NCBI GenBank assembly: GCA_003344405.1
Contig: NOWV01000118.1
Coordinates: 62,001-126,000 of the forward strand
Origin: Trichoplax sp. H2
Lineage: Eukaryota
Reading direction: 5' to 3'
Length of the DNA: 64,000 bases
In this document: positions 33,201 through 47,300 of the stretch, piece after piece
Position numbering within the stretch: the first letter of the stretch is position 1
Layout of the letters: each line of letters starts with the position of its first letter
Made by a program: the position numbers and the translations under genes
Notes under the pieces: generated by a model
Told to the model about the DNA's origin: nothing
Seen by the model: only the letters and a program-made list of their open reading frames with translations
Database searches by the model: none

Positions 33201-35779
33201 AATCAGCTGCTTTCACGGACTACTTAAAACTTCCCTTTAAAAATTCGATCATATCGATTTAGTGTGGAGTAAATCGTATACAGATGATATGGTGTAATGA
33301 CCATTTTAACCGCTAACTATGAGTAGAAACACATCAAAATTGTTATCAATGAAAACGATATCACGCGAATTTAGTGCACTGTACTGAAGTATAACTTTGC
33401 ATTCAATTACGAAAATTGAGAAGAGTCTGGAGCTAGAAATACCGTCCAGGACTCAATATATCTAGCTACTAAAATTGGAGACCCTATGAAAAGCAAGCTT
33501 ATAGTTTTATACCTTACCGCTAGATAGACCAGCATACTTGTTTACGATATACTCGTATCATAAAGTAGAGATAGTATGGTTTATAGCAGGCTATCATAAT
33601 TTGTCGTGAACTGTATCATCCTGCCCGGTTTAGTCATGGACTACTAATATGTTCCCAAGGAAACATGTTAGTAGTCCAAGGTTAAGTACAGCAAGTAGGA
33701 GAAGTAATCTAGCATCGGTGGATTTGGTCGCTGAGAATTTACTGTATTTACTTTATTTTTACCGCAACATTGATTTCATTTCGTCTGCCAAAAATAATGA
33801 AGGCTACACAAGTTGCTAAGACAGCTTCCCCTGTCTAAGTTCACGAAATCCGGCTGCTCAAAGCTACTCATGATGAGGCTGTGATTAAGGTGAATGATGT
33901 AGACTTTTGCCATAGTGATCTGTACTTATAGGATGGTGACTACGAATTTAGTGAAGGAGGATTCATGAAATTTGCAGAGAGAGGAGTCAATTATCATTCG
34001 ACAACACCTGGCCATAAAGTTGTTGGTAGTGTCTATCAGATAGGTTATGAAGTAGTTGACTTGGCTATTGGGATAATTTACTTGTATTTTAGGTGTCCAA
34101 ATTTTCTTCTTGTGACTTATTTTAAACCATATCTAAGATGTTTAGCACTATTAGAACTGATCTTTCACTGACAGTCAAATATACTATACATGCATGTGTT
34201 AACGAATCTTATAGTTGTCGTCAAAGATGGCAAATGCAAGAATATTTATGGCATAGATCATAATAGCATCGCTCAGTAAGATTGTTAAACACGTAGGATC
34301 TGTATTTCGTTTTTACTGATTAATATCTATCAATCTTTCTAATTTTTAATTTAACTAGCTATTAGTACTGCATGCAGGAAATTTTTACGATTTCTATTTC
34401 TTAATAGGCTATTGCTGGATGATAGCAAGCCCACTATACTGTTTGTAGTATTCATTTTCGAGCCTAACTGTACTGTTGATTCCATTTGAAAGCGAATTAA
34501 TGCATGCGTCGTCTATTGCAGAATAAATTTTTATATCAAATATTTATTTCGATACTTTCAAATTAGTTACATTTGCTACTGTTTTGAAAAACAACAATCC
34601 ACATCAAATAATTTACGAGATATTTCGTGCCGTATACACCTATGTGTAGAAACGAGTATAAATTTATAGGCAGGATAAAACTGGATGACGATTATGGTAT
34701 AAAATAGAATGTTTAATTATCCTACTCGTATGAGTATGATGCACGATTTAATATTTCTACATAACAATAAATGAACAAGAACTGGCTTTGATAAAGCTAG
34801 AATGGACCTGTAATTAGTTCTAAAATAATGCAGATATGCTCTCTATATAGTAGGAAAGCTACTAAAACATCAGCGGCATATTATTAATTGATGATAGTAT
34901 TTCATATTAACGTAGTATACTTACATATCTATTTTGTTACTGCCAAGTAGCTACAGGTGAGCGCTAGTAAGAATTAGTTAGACATAATTTTAAAATCGCT
35001 AAAGGGTATATCGTAATTTATATTGCCACGCTATACGTAAGATCAATTCCAATCATAACATTGATATTTTCTAATTGGAGGGTATATCCAGACAATCACC
35101 AACCTTAGCAATGAGAGACAATTGTTAATTCATGTTTACTAATACTGAGGAATTCAAAATTTTTGTAAGATAAGGTTCAAAGGCTTTTGGGCAATGTACC
35201 CTCACCAACGGACGTCAGGCATCTAACATATTATGCAAAGGTTTCTTTTGATATGATTTTAGTGATGATAATCTAAACTACAATGCCAGATTGAATTAGA
35301 GTTGAGAATTATAGCACAATCCCAGTAATAAAATGCTATTTAATTACTAGTGTTCCCATACATACAAGTTTTTTATATAATATAGATTAGTAAAATCCAT
35401 ACTGCTGTAATAAGGTTGAGTTAATTACATTGAGATTGTTATGGTAGAATAAATGCTAGAAAAGAATGTAATTTTGTGACAGCATATGCATGTTTGATAC
35501 TCGCTTATTTATCATTTTTCGCAACCGCAATCTTGCTAATTAGTGATGGGAGTCGTAAACATAACAATTGAGCATATAGTAAATTCGGTACGGCAATTAG
35601 GGGTAACAATATTAAAAGTATAGATCTCAGTACAAAGACTGCATCCAGTATCAACACATCGAACCAATATTCTAAGTCTGGTTAATTCTTCCATTAACTT
35701 CAATTTTATTAAGAGTATGAATTTGAATTAATGAATTATAATTTTAATAACTGGCTGAAATAATTCAGATCATTATACA

Positions 35780-36060
35780 AACAAGTAAACATTTAGTATT
35801 ATATCCAATCCGATATAGATAATCAAGTAATATTACGGTGGTAATATCTACCTTAAAAATGCTTAATTAGCTCTCTTACTAACAAGCGCATAGGAACTTA
35901 CATATTTACAGCGTAAAGATTTCTATAACTGGCCATAATAATCCAAATTGCTACACATACAAGTAAATATCTAGTATTGTAGCCAATTTAACATAGATTA
36001 TCAAGTACTGTAATACTGCGGTAGCAGTATCTACTTTAAAAAATGCTTTAATTAGCTCCC
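35780..36060. repeat. Two-copy ~178 bp direct repeat 3' of Lhx3/4
   Basis: acaagtaaa.at.tagtatt ... atcaagta ... cggt ... atctac.ttaaaaa..tgctt.aattagctc at about 35781 and 35959. Confidence 0.7.
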
Positions 36061-36260
36061 TCGTTAGCTCGTTGAATTGAAACTATTAATGTTAGAATCA
36101 TGGCTAATCATCCTTAACACAGGTAAGTAAAGTTTTTAATTAATCGCAAAGCGAATACGGGCATAAATTACTGCCAATATCCGATAATATTTGTCATAAT
36201 GGGAGCCGGTCGTCTAATGCATATGCTTGGTCTACAATTAAGTTATTTCAATAGAATCAA

Positions 36261-37397
36261 TTATTCAGTTATGATTGAATGGGCTGAAGTAATTGATCTC
36301 TTATCTTTAGCACGTTTATTCTGAAACCAAACTTGGACGACCCTTAAATCTAAACCAACCTTGGTAGCAATCATTTCTCTGGTAATTCTACTTGGTCTCG
36401 GTTTAATTCGATAGACCGAATTAAGCATTTTTAACTGCTGTTGTGTTATAGATGTTCGAGGTCGTTTAAGATTGGGATGATGTAGCTGAAAATCTACAAA
36501 AAAAATTGTGATAAATTGGGTAATCCATATCTAATCAATATGTAGAAAATCTTTAGATCAGGCAATATTTTCAACATTTTAGCAGCTACTTAGCTTACCA
36601 TCGCTACACATTATGGCGACATCATAATCTTCTTTACAAATTGGTTTACCTTCATCCGAAATGTAATATTTATCGCCTACTTTAAATTGTCTACTACATA
36701 CTATACAAAGGAGGCAGTTAATATGATAGCAAGAGCCATGAAGTCGGTAAACCATCTCATCCGGTAAGATACCAAGATTGCAACCTTGACATTTACGTCC
36801 AAATCGTCTATTGCAATTTCGTGTACCAGTTGATACCAAGATAGTATGGGAGGGTTACGAATAGCATCATAGTTCCAATGGGAGTATTTAAAAAATTATT
36901 TAATATATTAAATTCTTCAAGAAATCTTCATATAATTACGTAAATATTTTTCTTGGAAATACAGCTAATCTTGCTTTGAGTGTTAAAAATAATCAACCAT
37001 CTAAAGTTGTATGAGTATAATCTAGCATGACATCATTATTGGGTACTAGGAATTTAAAATTCATGCTATACTAATCGACGCAGTATCAGGAAGAGGATGA
37101 TAGTTTACAGGTAAAAGTTGTAGTCTCTCATGAAATAAATTACTAAGTAGGGATATCATAGTATCAATTATTTCAAAATGAATCAATATCCCTCTATTTA
37201 TAGAGAATGACTGGTTAGTTTACGTTACCTGTAGTAATGCATGCTGCAATAGATTGACTCTTCCTTTACAAAACATTTTCCTTCGAGGTTTTTACCGCAA
37301 TCTATACATGAAATGCATTTGCCGTGCCATAATTGATTATCCATTTCGTAAATGTTCCTATCGCGAATTTCTTCTTGGCATTTAAAACACAGCAATT
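36261..37397 (-). CDS. Lhx3/4: LIM-homeobox transcription factor, Lhx3/4-like (core exons; 5' exons uncertain, possibly extending to ATG at 38639)
   Basis: Exons 37397-37229 (LIM1 CFKC...WHGKCISCIDC...CSMHY), 36807-36599 (LIM2 RFGRKCQGCNLGILP...YHINCLLCIVC...CKEDY) and 36493-36261 (homeodomain [57 protein letters not shown], stop TAA at 36261-36263). KRPRTxIT, [13 protein letters not shown] and the short LIM2-homeodomain linker favour Lhx3/4 over Lhx1/5. Confidence 0.88.
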
Positions 37398-38944
37398 CTA
37401 AAATAAAAATTACATACGATAGCAATGTTAGTCATTAGAAATTTACGGTATTGCCAGAATTTTACGAGATTAGCATTGAGATTAAATTCCTTATTATTAT
37501 CGAAATGACTCAAATGCGCTAGAGTAACGCGTAAAAGCGTGGCGATATCCTTTAGGCGTAGTGATAATGTTACTGCCACGATTTAATAAATCATGCTTAG
37601 AGTACATAACTGGAATACGGAGTAAATCAAGAGTTCTTCTTGTCGATAGTTTATCGTAGATACTATTATAATTTGAATTTTTTTGTCCTAAAGATTAATT
37701 CGGCTATAACAATCCCGTTATTCGGATTTATTTGAACCCTGAGAATTAGTTTCATAACAATTACTAACGACGTAAAGTAGGACTATGAAGCGACTTGATC
37801 CAGAATGATTAGATCGAAAGTGATTCATTTCCTTAAAAGCAATGGTCAATAATTCTGTATCAAATCTACTATACATATTAGATGAGAATACCTTCAAGAT
37901 AATTGACTTCGTTGACTTCTGTTTGAAGATTTTGCTGTAACTTGGGTCTAAGTTCGATACGTGAATCCTTTATATTAATAAAATTTCATTACTCGTCGTT
38001 ATGTAAACCATCATGCAGGTAATAACGACTAAGAAACCTAGTCTAAAAGCTCAACTCAATTACTGCTGTAATAAAAACGATAAAACATACGTAATCTATC
38101 TGATAAGCATATAATTATTATTTAATTCTCTAGTTTATACAAATTAAATAACATGGAAATCACAAATTCAACGCTGATGGCTATACTGAAATCTTACCAT
38201 TTCGGCGACTATCTAATTCCAAAAGCTTCAAATCTTTTCTGCAAGACTTAAATCTACCATGCAAAACAAAGAATGAATACTTATATCATAAAATAAGTTG
38301 AGACAGTATGAGAAGATTTTAAGAATATCTAAATGGCTGCATCAGAATAATTAGAAAAATTAATCCAGTAACTTGAGCAAGAAATTTCTGATATAATTTT
38401 AATTTAACTAACAGGAACGAGTTCGGAATTTTAATTGATTAATATTTTGGTTATTAGATTGCTTACCTTTGAGGTATATTTCTTACTCTAGTTGCTACTC
38501 CCTGTGCTTGCATGCAATAACCCCTAGATGAACAGTTTACAGTATTTCCGAAGATTGAGCATTTAAAAGTGCTTAGCAGGGTGTATAATGCTGTAATTAC
38601 AAAATCAGGAACTTTATAATCTATGTTACCAATAGCCATATCGTTGCTCTTGGATTATAAGTTCATTTGTAATTTCCTCGACGATTGTTTAAATCCGGTT
38701 TATTTTACATTATTTGTGAACATATACATACATAATAGCACTCGCTGCCATATTCTAGCCATTGGCTGAAAATGGATTAATATCAAGTAACAGATGGTAA
38801 GCTTAATTTGATTAACTTTGGTGATCAAAGGGTAAATTTCAACAATATATATGACTTTCTGCGTGATATGAATAGCGCCTGGTTGATAAAATCGTCTAAT
38901 CAAATTATTTTTGTTGAAGATATGCCAAACTAAGTAAGACTAAC

Positions 38945-40025
38945 TGTTAAAGTCTACGATCCTAGTTCACAAAAGTTGCCAAAACTTTAAATACACTAGA
39001 AGAAGCAAATAGCTTTCAGAAAATTAAATATTAGCCACTACAGCTATTTTAAAAGATTAAGAATTCTAAAAATTGCCAAATTCTTAATAGACTAAAATGA
39101 GGAGTATGTAGCTTTCAGAAAACTAAATATTAGGTATCAAAACTGTTTTTAAAGTCTTTGATCTTAGTTTTCAAAATTGCTAAACTTTGATGGACTAGAA
39201 AAAGATGTAAGCAATATTCAGGAAGCTAAATATTAGCTACTATAACTGGTTTAAAAGTCACTAATTCTGCAGCTGTTCTCAAAATTACCAATCTCTTAAT
39301 GGACTAGAAGGAGTATGTAGCTTTCAGAAAGTAGAATTTAGCTACTACAATTGATTTTAAAGTCATCAATCCTAGTTTCTAATAGCGTCAAACTATGAAT
39401 GGACTAGAAGAAGTATTTAGCTTTCATAAAACCAAGTATTCGCTACCACAGCTGTAATTAAAAAGTCTTTGATTCTAGTTATCAAAATTACCAAACATTT
39501 AATGGACTAGATGAAGTACGTAGCTTTCAGAAAATTAAATGTTAGCTTCTGCAATTGCTTTGAAGTCTTCGATTTTAACTATCGAGTTATCAAACTTTTA
39601 AAGGCCTAGAAAAGGAAGTGCTGTACGCTCATTTTGTCTTTAGATATATAGAAAAAGAAAAATATGACTTAAACTAACGTGTAAATACTCTACTTTATAC
39701 CAACATACAAGAATTATCAAAGCACGTGGTAATAATTCTTATATAATTTGCCATCTAAAAACTTAAAGCATTAATAAACATACCATATGTAGCTTTCAGA
39801 AAACTAAATAATAGCTACTATAATTGCAATACAATGTCTTCGATTCTAGTTCTCAAAATTATCATATTTCTAACGGACTTAAAAAAGCATATAGCTTTCA
39901 GAAAACTAAATTATTGCTATTACAGCTGATTTAAAAATCATCGATTCTAGTTCTCAAAATTGTCCAAAAAACTTTAATGGACTAGAAGAAGCACGCAGCT
40001 TTCTGAAAACTAAACTTTAGCTACT
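38945..40025. repeat. Tandem repeat array, ~100-105 bp unit, ~9-10 diverged copies, upstream of Lhx3/4
   Basis: The unit tagctttcagaaaactaaatattagctacta ... gattctagttctcaaaatt ... aatggactagaag recurs near 39010, 39109, 39212, 39318, 39418, 39521, 39790, 39892 and 39996, with an interruption at about 39620-39780. Confidence 0.88.
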
Positions 40026-41109
40026 AGTCGCAATGTTTACAAGATTATTAGATTTTCTACTAGATAGCTCTAATTCTCTAATCTGATGCATGTTATTGGC
40101 GGTAAATTGAGTTATCCTAATCATATTATTGGATACAATGGATGGCATGCCACACGATTTACATATTCATATTGACGGATGAGTAATACCCCACTGTTGT
40201 CTATTTCTGGTGTAAGGTGCTCAATAATAACTGCAGGGATGCTACTATCTCATCACGTTCCATTTTGATCTAGCTATAGCTCTCTCATCGATTTTCTATC
40301 TCATCATGCTTATTCAAATCATTTATTACTAGTAGCAAATCGTCTATTTAAATATGGAGTAGATAATCATATCAAAGTTATCTAATATCAAACGGCACCT
40401 TCATCCTTATTAAATATCTGGCCCAATCAATGTTCTATTCCATCATTGTAGGGGATACCCTTGATTCAATCCTATAATTGTTTTGCGATGCAAAAATACA
40501 TTTCGTCTACGTTAAGATTGTAATAAGTTCGTAATCAATGGATAATTCATCTCATTGCATTCACATTAAAGTTAGTGTAGATTCTGTTCTTATAGTATGA
40601 AAAATACAGCAAAATCAACTGCCTTGAAATAACTATTATACCCTATATAAACACGGCATGCAAGATGCTTATGAGGAAACGTTATGAAATCTAGGATCCT
40701 TGTAGGAACATGAGCTTTTCTATACGAATACCAGTATATTTATAAATTATTATCTGCTCTTGTCATCTTCTCTCATTGTCTTGTCTCCGATTCAAGACAA
40801 ATTTTAGTTATTAGTTATTAGAGTTTCGCATTTGTGTTGTGCATTTCCTTAGGCAATCTTATTTCATTTCTGGAATACTTATACAGCTTTAGAACTAAGG
40901 CAACAAGTCTTAAGAGCTAAAGTTGTACATTTGAAAATTATGAATTTTTAAGGCATACCAATACATGTGACTCGATTATAGAGTTTCAACAATGATGTAA
41001 TAGCAGCCATTAATCAAGGCGAGCATCTGGCTAAGCAAATGAAAAATATCGCAATTTTTCTACTGCCTTTACAAAATGCAAAATAAATTGGCAGGAAGCC
41101 TAATGGCAA

Positions 41110-41790
41110 AAATTAAAAATATGATCTTCCTTCCAGTTCTTCAAGATTTAAGTTCTATTGGCATAAGATCTAACAAGTGAAATTCATTACCTTGAAAAAA
41201 TATGCTGAACTTGTACATATTGTAATCACAAATAGCTTAAGTTTGAAGATGGAATTAAGGTTAGAATTAAGTTAGATTAGAAATTTTTACAAGTACTTAT
41301 TCTTCCACATTCATAAAGTCTAGATTACAAAGAAAAGCAAAATTTATAAAATCTAGTTTTACTTATTCATAGAAGAGGCTTACAATCCATTAAGTCATTT
41401 TCTACATTCACCAAGTCAGATTTCACGAAGAAAAGCGAAATTTATAAGTCTGGTCTATTTTTGCATATTCTTGGAAGAGGCTTACAGCGGAATATATTGA
41501 CTCAAATGCAAATGTCTAAAATTTGAAACGTGATCTCTTACCAGTTTTATAAGATCTAGTGAATGAAATCCATTGCCTTGAAATATATACTGTATGTATT
41601 GCAGTCCCCAAATAGCTCGAGTTAGAGGTTAGATTAGAAGCTTTTAAAAGTAGTTCTTCATGGAAAAGGCTCACAGTTCATTCTATATTCGTAAAATCTA
41701 GTCTAGTTTTACGTATTCATGGAAGAGGCTTACAGTTAATTTAAACAATTTCTTTATGCATTTATAAAGTCTAGCATTAAAAAGGAAAGT
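41110..41790. repeat. Degenerate duplication (~385 bp period) with internal subrepeats
   Basis: gaaat(t/c)catt(a/g)ccttgaaa near 41179 and 41564; caaatagct near 41229 and 41609; gaagaggcttaca near 41371, 41474 and 41722. Confidence 0.65.
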
Positions 41791-44700
41791 GGAATTCTTG
41801 TTGCATTATCTTCAGGTAATTTATCATAGTACTTAGCATACTGCCATAATAGAACAGTTGGGGTTGTATCTAGTGAAACGGTAGTATCATAGTATGGCAA
41901 TTAGGTTAGCAATAACGCAAAATAGATCTGACGATAGCAAATAGCTTCTACAATTTGCAATTCTAGAATTTTGAGGATCTCTTTTAGTTAATTTAATCCA
42001 TCTAGTTATAAATTATCATCCTATTCAATAGCAGAAAACTATAAATTTTATGGGTTAAACCCTTTTAGTGTTGCAAATTATATCGTAAGCTACGTCAATC
42101 GGAGAAAGCTTAAAAATTACTTTTGAGTATGTAGGTGAATAGAAATTTGCAGGGAGGATAAATATGGTGTATTTGACTATTTTAATCTAGCTAATAGCAA
42201 TCTAAACGACTCTATTCTTTCAATATTTTTAGGAAGATGTACAAAGTATAATTTCTGGTCACAGCGGATCCTGGCTATGGACTAAAAATCATATGCATCT
42301 TACATTACGGAGATACGAGTACTTATGCTAGTGTAAAACAAAATAAGTTATCACAATACCATGATGGATGACGAATCTAATGCTCTAAATTAGCATGCTC
42401 TGCATTATTGGCTATATTGAAAAGCAGGAATTAAATATATTAGTTAGCCTTGTTGTATATCAATGCTGAAATATCATTTGATTAGTTGAGTAAAGTTAAT
42501 CTACAGTATTGACATAGTTACTTATTTCGTATATCTATGTATAAAGACCAAAAAGTATAGAATTGGTACATATTAATCTTCTTTTAAATTTCTAATGGAT
42601 TAGGAGATATCTGCTTTGAAATTGTAATTTTACCAATAGATGTAGCTTCCAGCTTAACTAATGCCGCCATCAGAGCTAGTAGAATAGAGATTACTACGAG
42701 TTTGAGTATAATTAAATGAGTAGTACTCGTAGAGTAGTATATCATAAATGATTTTCTACGACAGGAATTAGAAGCAAGTTGCAACCAGCTGAAATGGACG
42801 ATGTTACGGCTCATTTCAAATAATATTGCTGAAGCTGCCAGCGATTAAAATAATAAATAGAAAATTTAGCCTTTTATCTTTAAAGTAATGGCTAGTTATT
42901 TTCGGCAAGATAGTACTGCAAATTTAAACTTAACTTTAAGAACTTGTGAGAGTCTTCTGTTTTGTAACCTATAAAGCATGTAGTTTTATCATCTGAAAAT
43001 AGTATCACTAGTCCGATGGTATTTATATGCAAGATTAATTATTATCTACCTTATGTTAGCTTATTTTTTCTCTATCTAAATATACTTGTATTAGCACGTG
43101 GAATTGAAATCTATAATTATCAGTAAGGATTTCCGTAGACCATTCTAAATAGATGAGCTTGCCGTCATAAATCGATTATTGAATAATCCAAAGTCAAAAA
43201 TAATATTGACCATGGCGTACTATCTAAGAGTTCCTTCGATCAAGACTCTTGATATCGATGAAAAAATGCTTAAAAAGCTAGATTGCGATTACAAAACACC
43301 TCTATCTAAATAGAGGTTTTTATACTGTAGTTCATGAAGACATCGATAAAAGTAGCTAAATAGATATATTTTACCCTGAATTGTCGCTTTCTTGCTTAAG
43401 TTTGCATTAAAATATTGTAAAGTTGCTTCAGATTTTGCTATTCATAGCTATAAAAATGTTGCAGTATATAATTTATATCTTGTGTGGCATAAGGTTTAAT
43501 ATAATCTTAATGGAAAATGATGTTGAAGTGTAGATCTCTTCCCAATCTGGCACGATAACTGTTTCCCTACTCTATCGAAGCGTTGAAAGTAAATTTGTCA
43601 TGTCAGAACTTTGCTTAGGATTAATCTTGATCAAGAAAAGATCACTGTGACGATAATTGTAGTTTTTGGCGGTCGACCTAATGTTGACATGTGTCAGATT
43701 TCGTGTAGAGTCTATCATGGACTTAATGTTTCACCAATGTTAAAAGCAAAGCGTGGGATGAAAAATAAAGTTAAAGGTGGTGTATTGAATAAACTATAGA
43801 CTGCATATGGTGTTTGGCTGCATTTAATGTTAACAAGCAATAGAAAGAATTGATTTATGTTTACATTCAGTTGTGAAGTGGATTATTATAGATATCAGCT
43901 TGGTACGCTTTTTGTTTGCATTAATTTCATGAAAAAGTACTAATGAGATCCATCAATAACGGTCAAATTAGCGATCAATTTCGAGCTATCGACACAACTT
44001 TGATGGCAGGACAGTAGCTAGTGAAAGAAGACAATATACAAATATTACTCTTATTATAACGGCCAGATTTTCCTTTTTTTTTCAATTGATTACAATTGAT
44101 AAACTTTATTTCATTTGTATGGAAGTTATCAACTCCATATCATATCGAATCGTTGTGTATCTATTATAATGATTGCTTATATTTATAATTTAACATAAAC
44201 GTGCTGACAACTTTGATTGTACAACACCAATAGGGAAATCAAGAATAAAGGCTCATGGTAGGATTGAGCTTAATTTTTCTATCCATTCGTTACTCTTTCT
44301 TCTAACTAGTCTGCAACTGTAAAAGTATGCAGTCGATGCAAAACAAAAGAAAAATAGCTTACTGCAGACTTTCCTTCTTCTTACTGTAGTTGTTGATTCC
44401 ATCAAGGCGCCATTTAGCCACACCTTATTCATTGTTAGTTAATGGCTAAGAGATCCATAATGTGAATAGATTTGATTGACATTTAATCCTCTAAAATTGT
44501 TGCCTAATGGATTGATTGGTGGGCTGATTAATGTAACATTAAGCTCCATGATTATACCAACTGATCAATTGCTAGACCGCAACATCATTGTATAGTACAG
44601 TAATATAGCGCTAAAGTACACATAATGATAACGTTGCAATCGTAGTTATCGTAACTGTAATTCCTTAAACGCCCTTCCACTTTTTTCTACTTTCAAGTAC

Positions 44701-47300
44701 GATATAAAACGCTATTGCCATCGAATAACTTCAGTTTAATTAATCCTTGACTATTGGCACTGTTATATATTGTATATTGATACACGATAGAATCATTTTT
44801 AGCATCGTTATTGACTTATCTTTCGGTAAACACGCTAAATGAGGTTAGAGCTAGACGACCACGCAATATTTCAACTTTTCTTGCTATCTTGATGAGAAAA
44901 TTGCGATTGACTGCAACTCGATCTAGTTATTATTGAGTTCCCTATCATCGATTTGAATACTCTTCAACTTGTGATCATCATTATTATCCTTGGTCGATAT
45001 CATCGTTTTCTTATTCAACGTAATTATCATCACCATTGACTATCAGCAAATTTCTTGTCCTACAATAAGACTACGCTTGGTTATCATCATTTTTTACTAT
45101 CTTTCTACTAACTACTACGTACGATAATCTTGAGGAATTTTTTTAATAATTAATTGATTGTACTAGATTGTATTCAATAACTTGACAAGGTAACCGTCGA
45201 TCAATATCCTTGGGCTTGTTTTATATTCTCCAATCCAATTGTAAAGTCAATATCTTTAACTTAAATTACCTCTAAGCTAGTAACACTGAATGTCTAACCA
45301 CATTTTGTAAAAAAGTAGATACATTGAGGCTAGTCTATTTTTATCTATTCATCATTTACTTAACTCTAATACTTTATAACAACTATATCAGCTATTACAA
45401 CTTATCCATACTTGCTTCCATCCAACCCACGCAAAAATACTTATTGATCATCTTATCCATTATTCTACTATCTGTAACTATTTTATTTTTTTCAAATCGA
45501 GTTAGCACCAAGTTAGCTATTGTCCACTGCATATTTCATGACAGTGTCTCCAGTTATTCAAAATTTTATGACGATATTACCTCGAGATTGATGAAAGAAG
45601 ATTATTTTTTACTATAACTGGATAAAATGCAGTTTACTTGGCAAGATTAAAAAGAGTCTGGAAAGTAGTGGCTAGATGGATTCCGATCAAAGAAATTATC
45701 CCAATCCAGCAAGTCAACAAGATGTAAATATCACGACATTGCATGCTATTTAGGCTAATATTTTACAAAAATGGATAGGTCAATCGTATTGATATTGTTG
45801 GTGCCAATTACTGCAACAATGAGTTTCAAAAATGCTTCTCAACGTGATCCATGTTGTTTTGTATATCGTTTTATACAAATTTTATTTCTGTCCCAATCTA
45901 AATATGATTAATACGACGTTATCACTTAAATATTTGGCATTCAGTTCTTAATGCATTCTATTCATCAAATTGTATCATACTGACCCAATGTATAAGCTAA
46001 TTTTATAATGATCTGATATTTAGATATTATCTAGTATTTATCTATATATCCTACCATACTGTATTATCTTCTTATAAATTGAACTAAAGATGGTACTGAA
46101 GTGACTGTCATCGAGAGTTACAACTTTAATTGAATATCAATAGATTACTTTATCAATATACAACAGTCAACAACAAGTTCAACTAACTAAACTTCTGACT
46201 CGTATCATTGAGCCTGGGAAAGATAAACTGATAATCAAAAATCACAATGTTTGTAAATTGTAGAGTTATCATTAGTTTTAAAGGTGATTAAAATTAAGTA
46301 TTGCAACCCTTGTAGTAACTGTATTTAACATCCACTAGAATGCATATCATCTCCAAATAGAAGCGCTTACGTTATACTAAATCTCTTCATGCTCGTCATT
46401 TTTATTTCTAAAATTTCCTTCCTAATTATTCCTTAGTAAAGTATTAAATCTTAATAGTATTATATAATTATAGCCCACGTGCATTTAAAAACGCCAATTG
46501 CCTAATCTAAGCACCATAAATTTATTTCATCAATTTGCTAGCTTCATAATTATAATGAATATTTAATTAAAAAATACTTCAAAAAAGATATTCATAGCTA
46601 CTTTATAATAAGTTTTTTGATCACATATAGCATAATCTAATAAAAGTGAGTGACTTATCCAGCATTTTAGAAGCCTTGTCATGATCCTACATTCTGTATA
46701 TACTTAAAAGATAAATAGAGAAATCTATGACTGTTTTCCTCTACAGTATACTAATAGTTAAAATCAATCTCCATGAAGGCAAAGTCTTATCAGTGGTAAT
46801 AAATACCCACAATTGTAGATACATATACTGAAAAATATAGTATGTGAATTAAGATGAAAGTGCGGCAATCATTTGCAGACAAAAATAATCCTATTTTATT
46901 TTGGTTATACTGTTTATCTGATTATCAAATAGTTGGGATTAGTGTAGGAGACAAGGGATAATAGAATATAAAAGAAAATTAGAATCATGGAGAAAGATAA
47001 ATAGCGACTATCCTAGATAAGGGAATGAGTGATATATTGATTGAATTTATTATTCACGATCTCTTTTTTAAATCTTCACTCCGCTAATTTATTATCGCGA
47101 ACTAATAGTGATTTCCTTTTTACTTCTGGATTAATCTACGATAGGGATAACGATTTTGTGATTTATATTTTACTGTCTTGTTTCTAACTATGCTATATTT
47201 CGATTACTCATCTTTTCGCCGTTTGAATAGATAAAAATATATACTTATAAAATATTCTACTAAAGTTAAACTGATAATATTATCTTTTTAATCATTTTAG

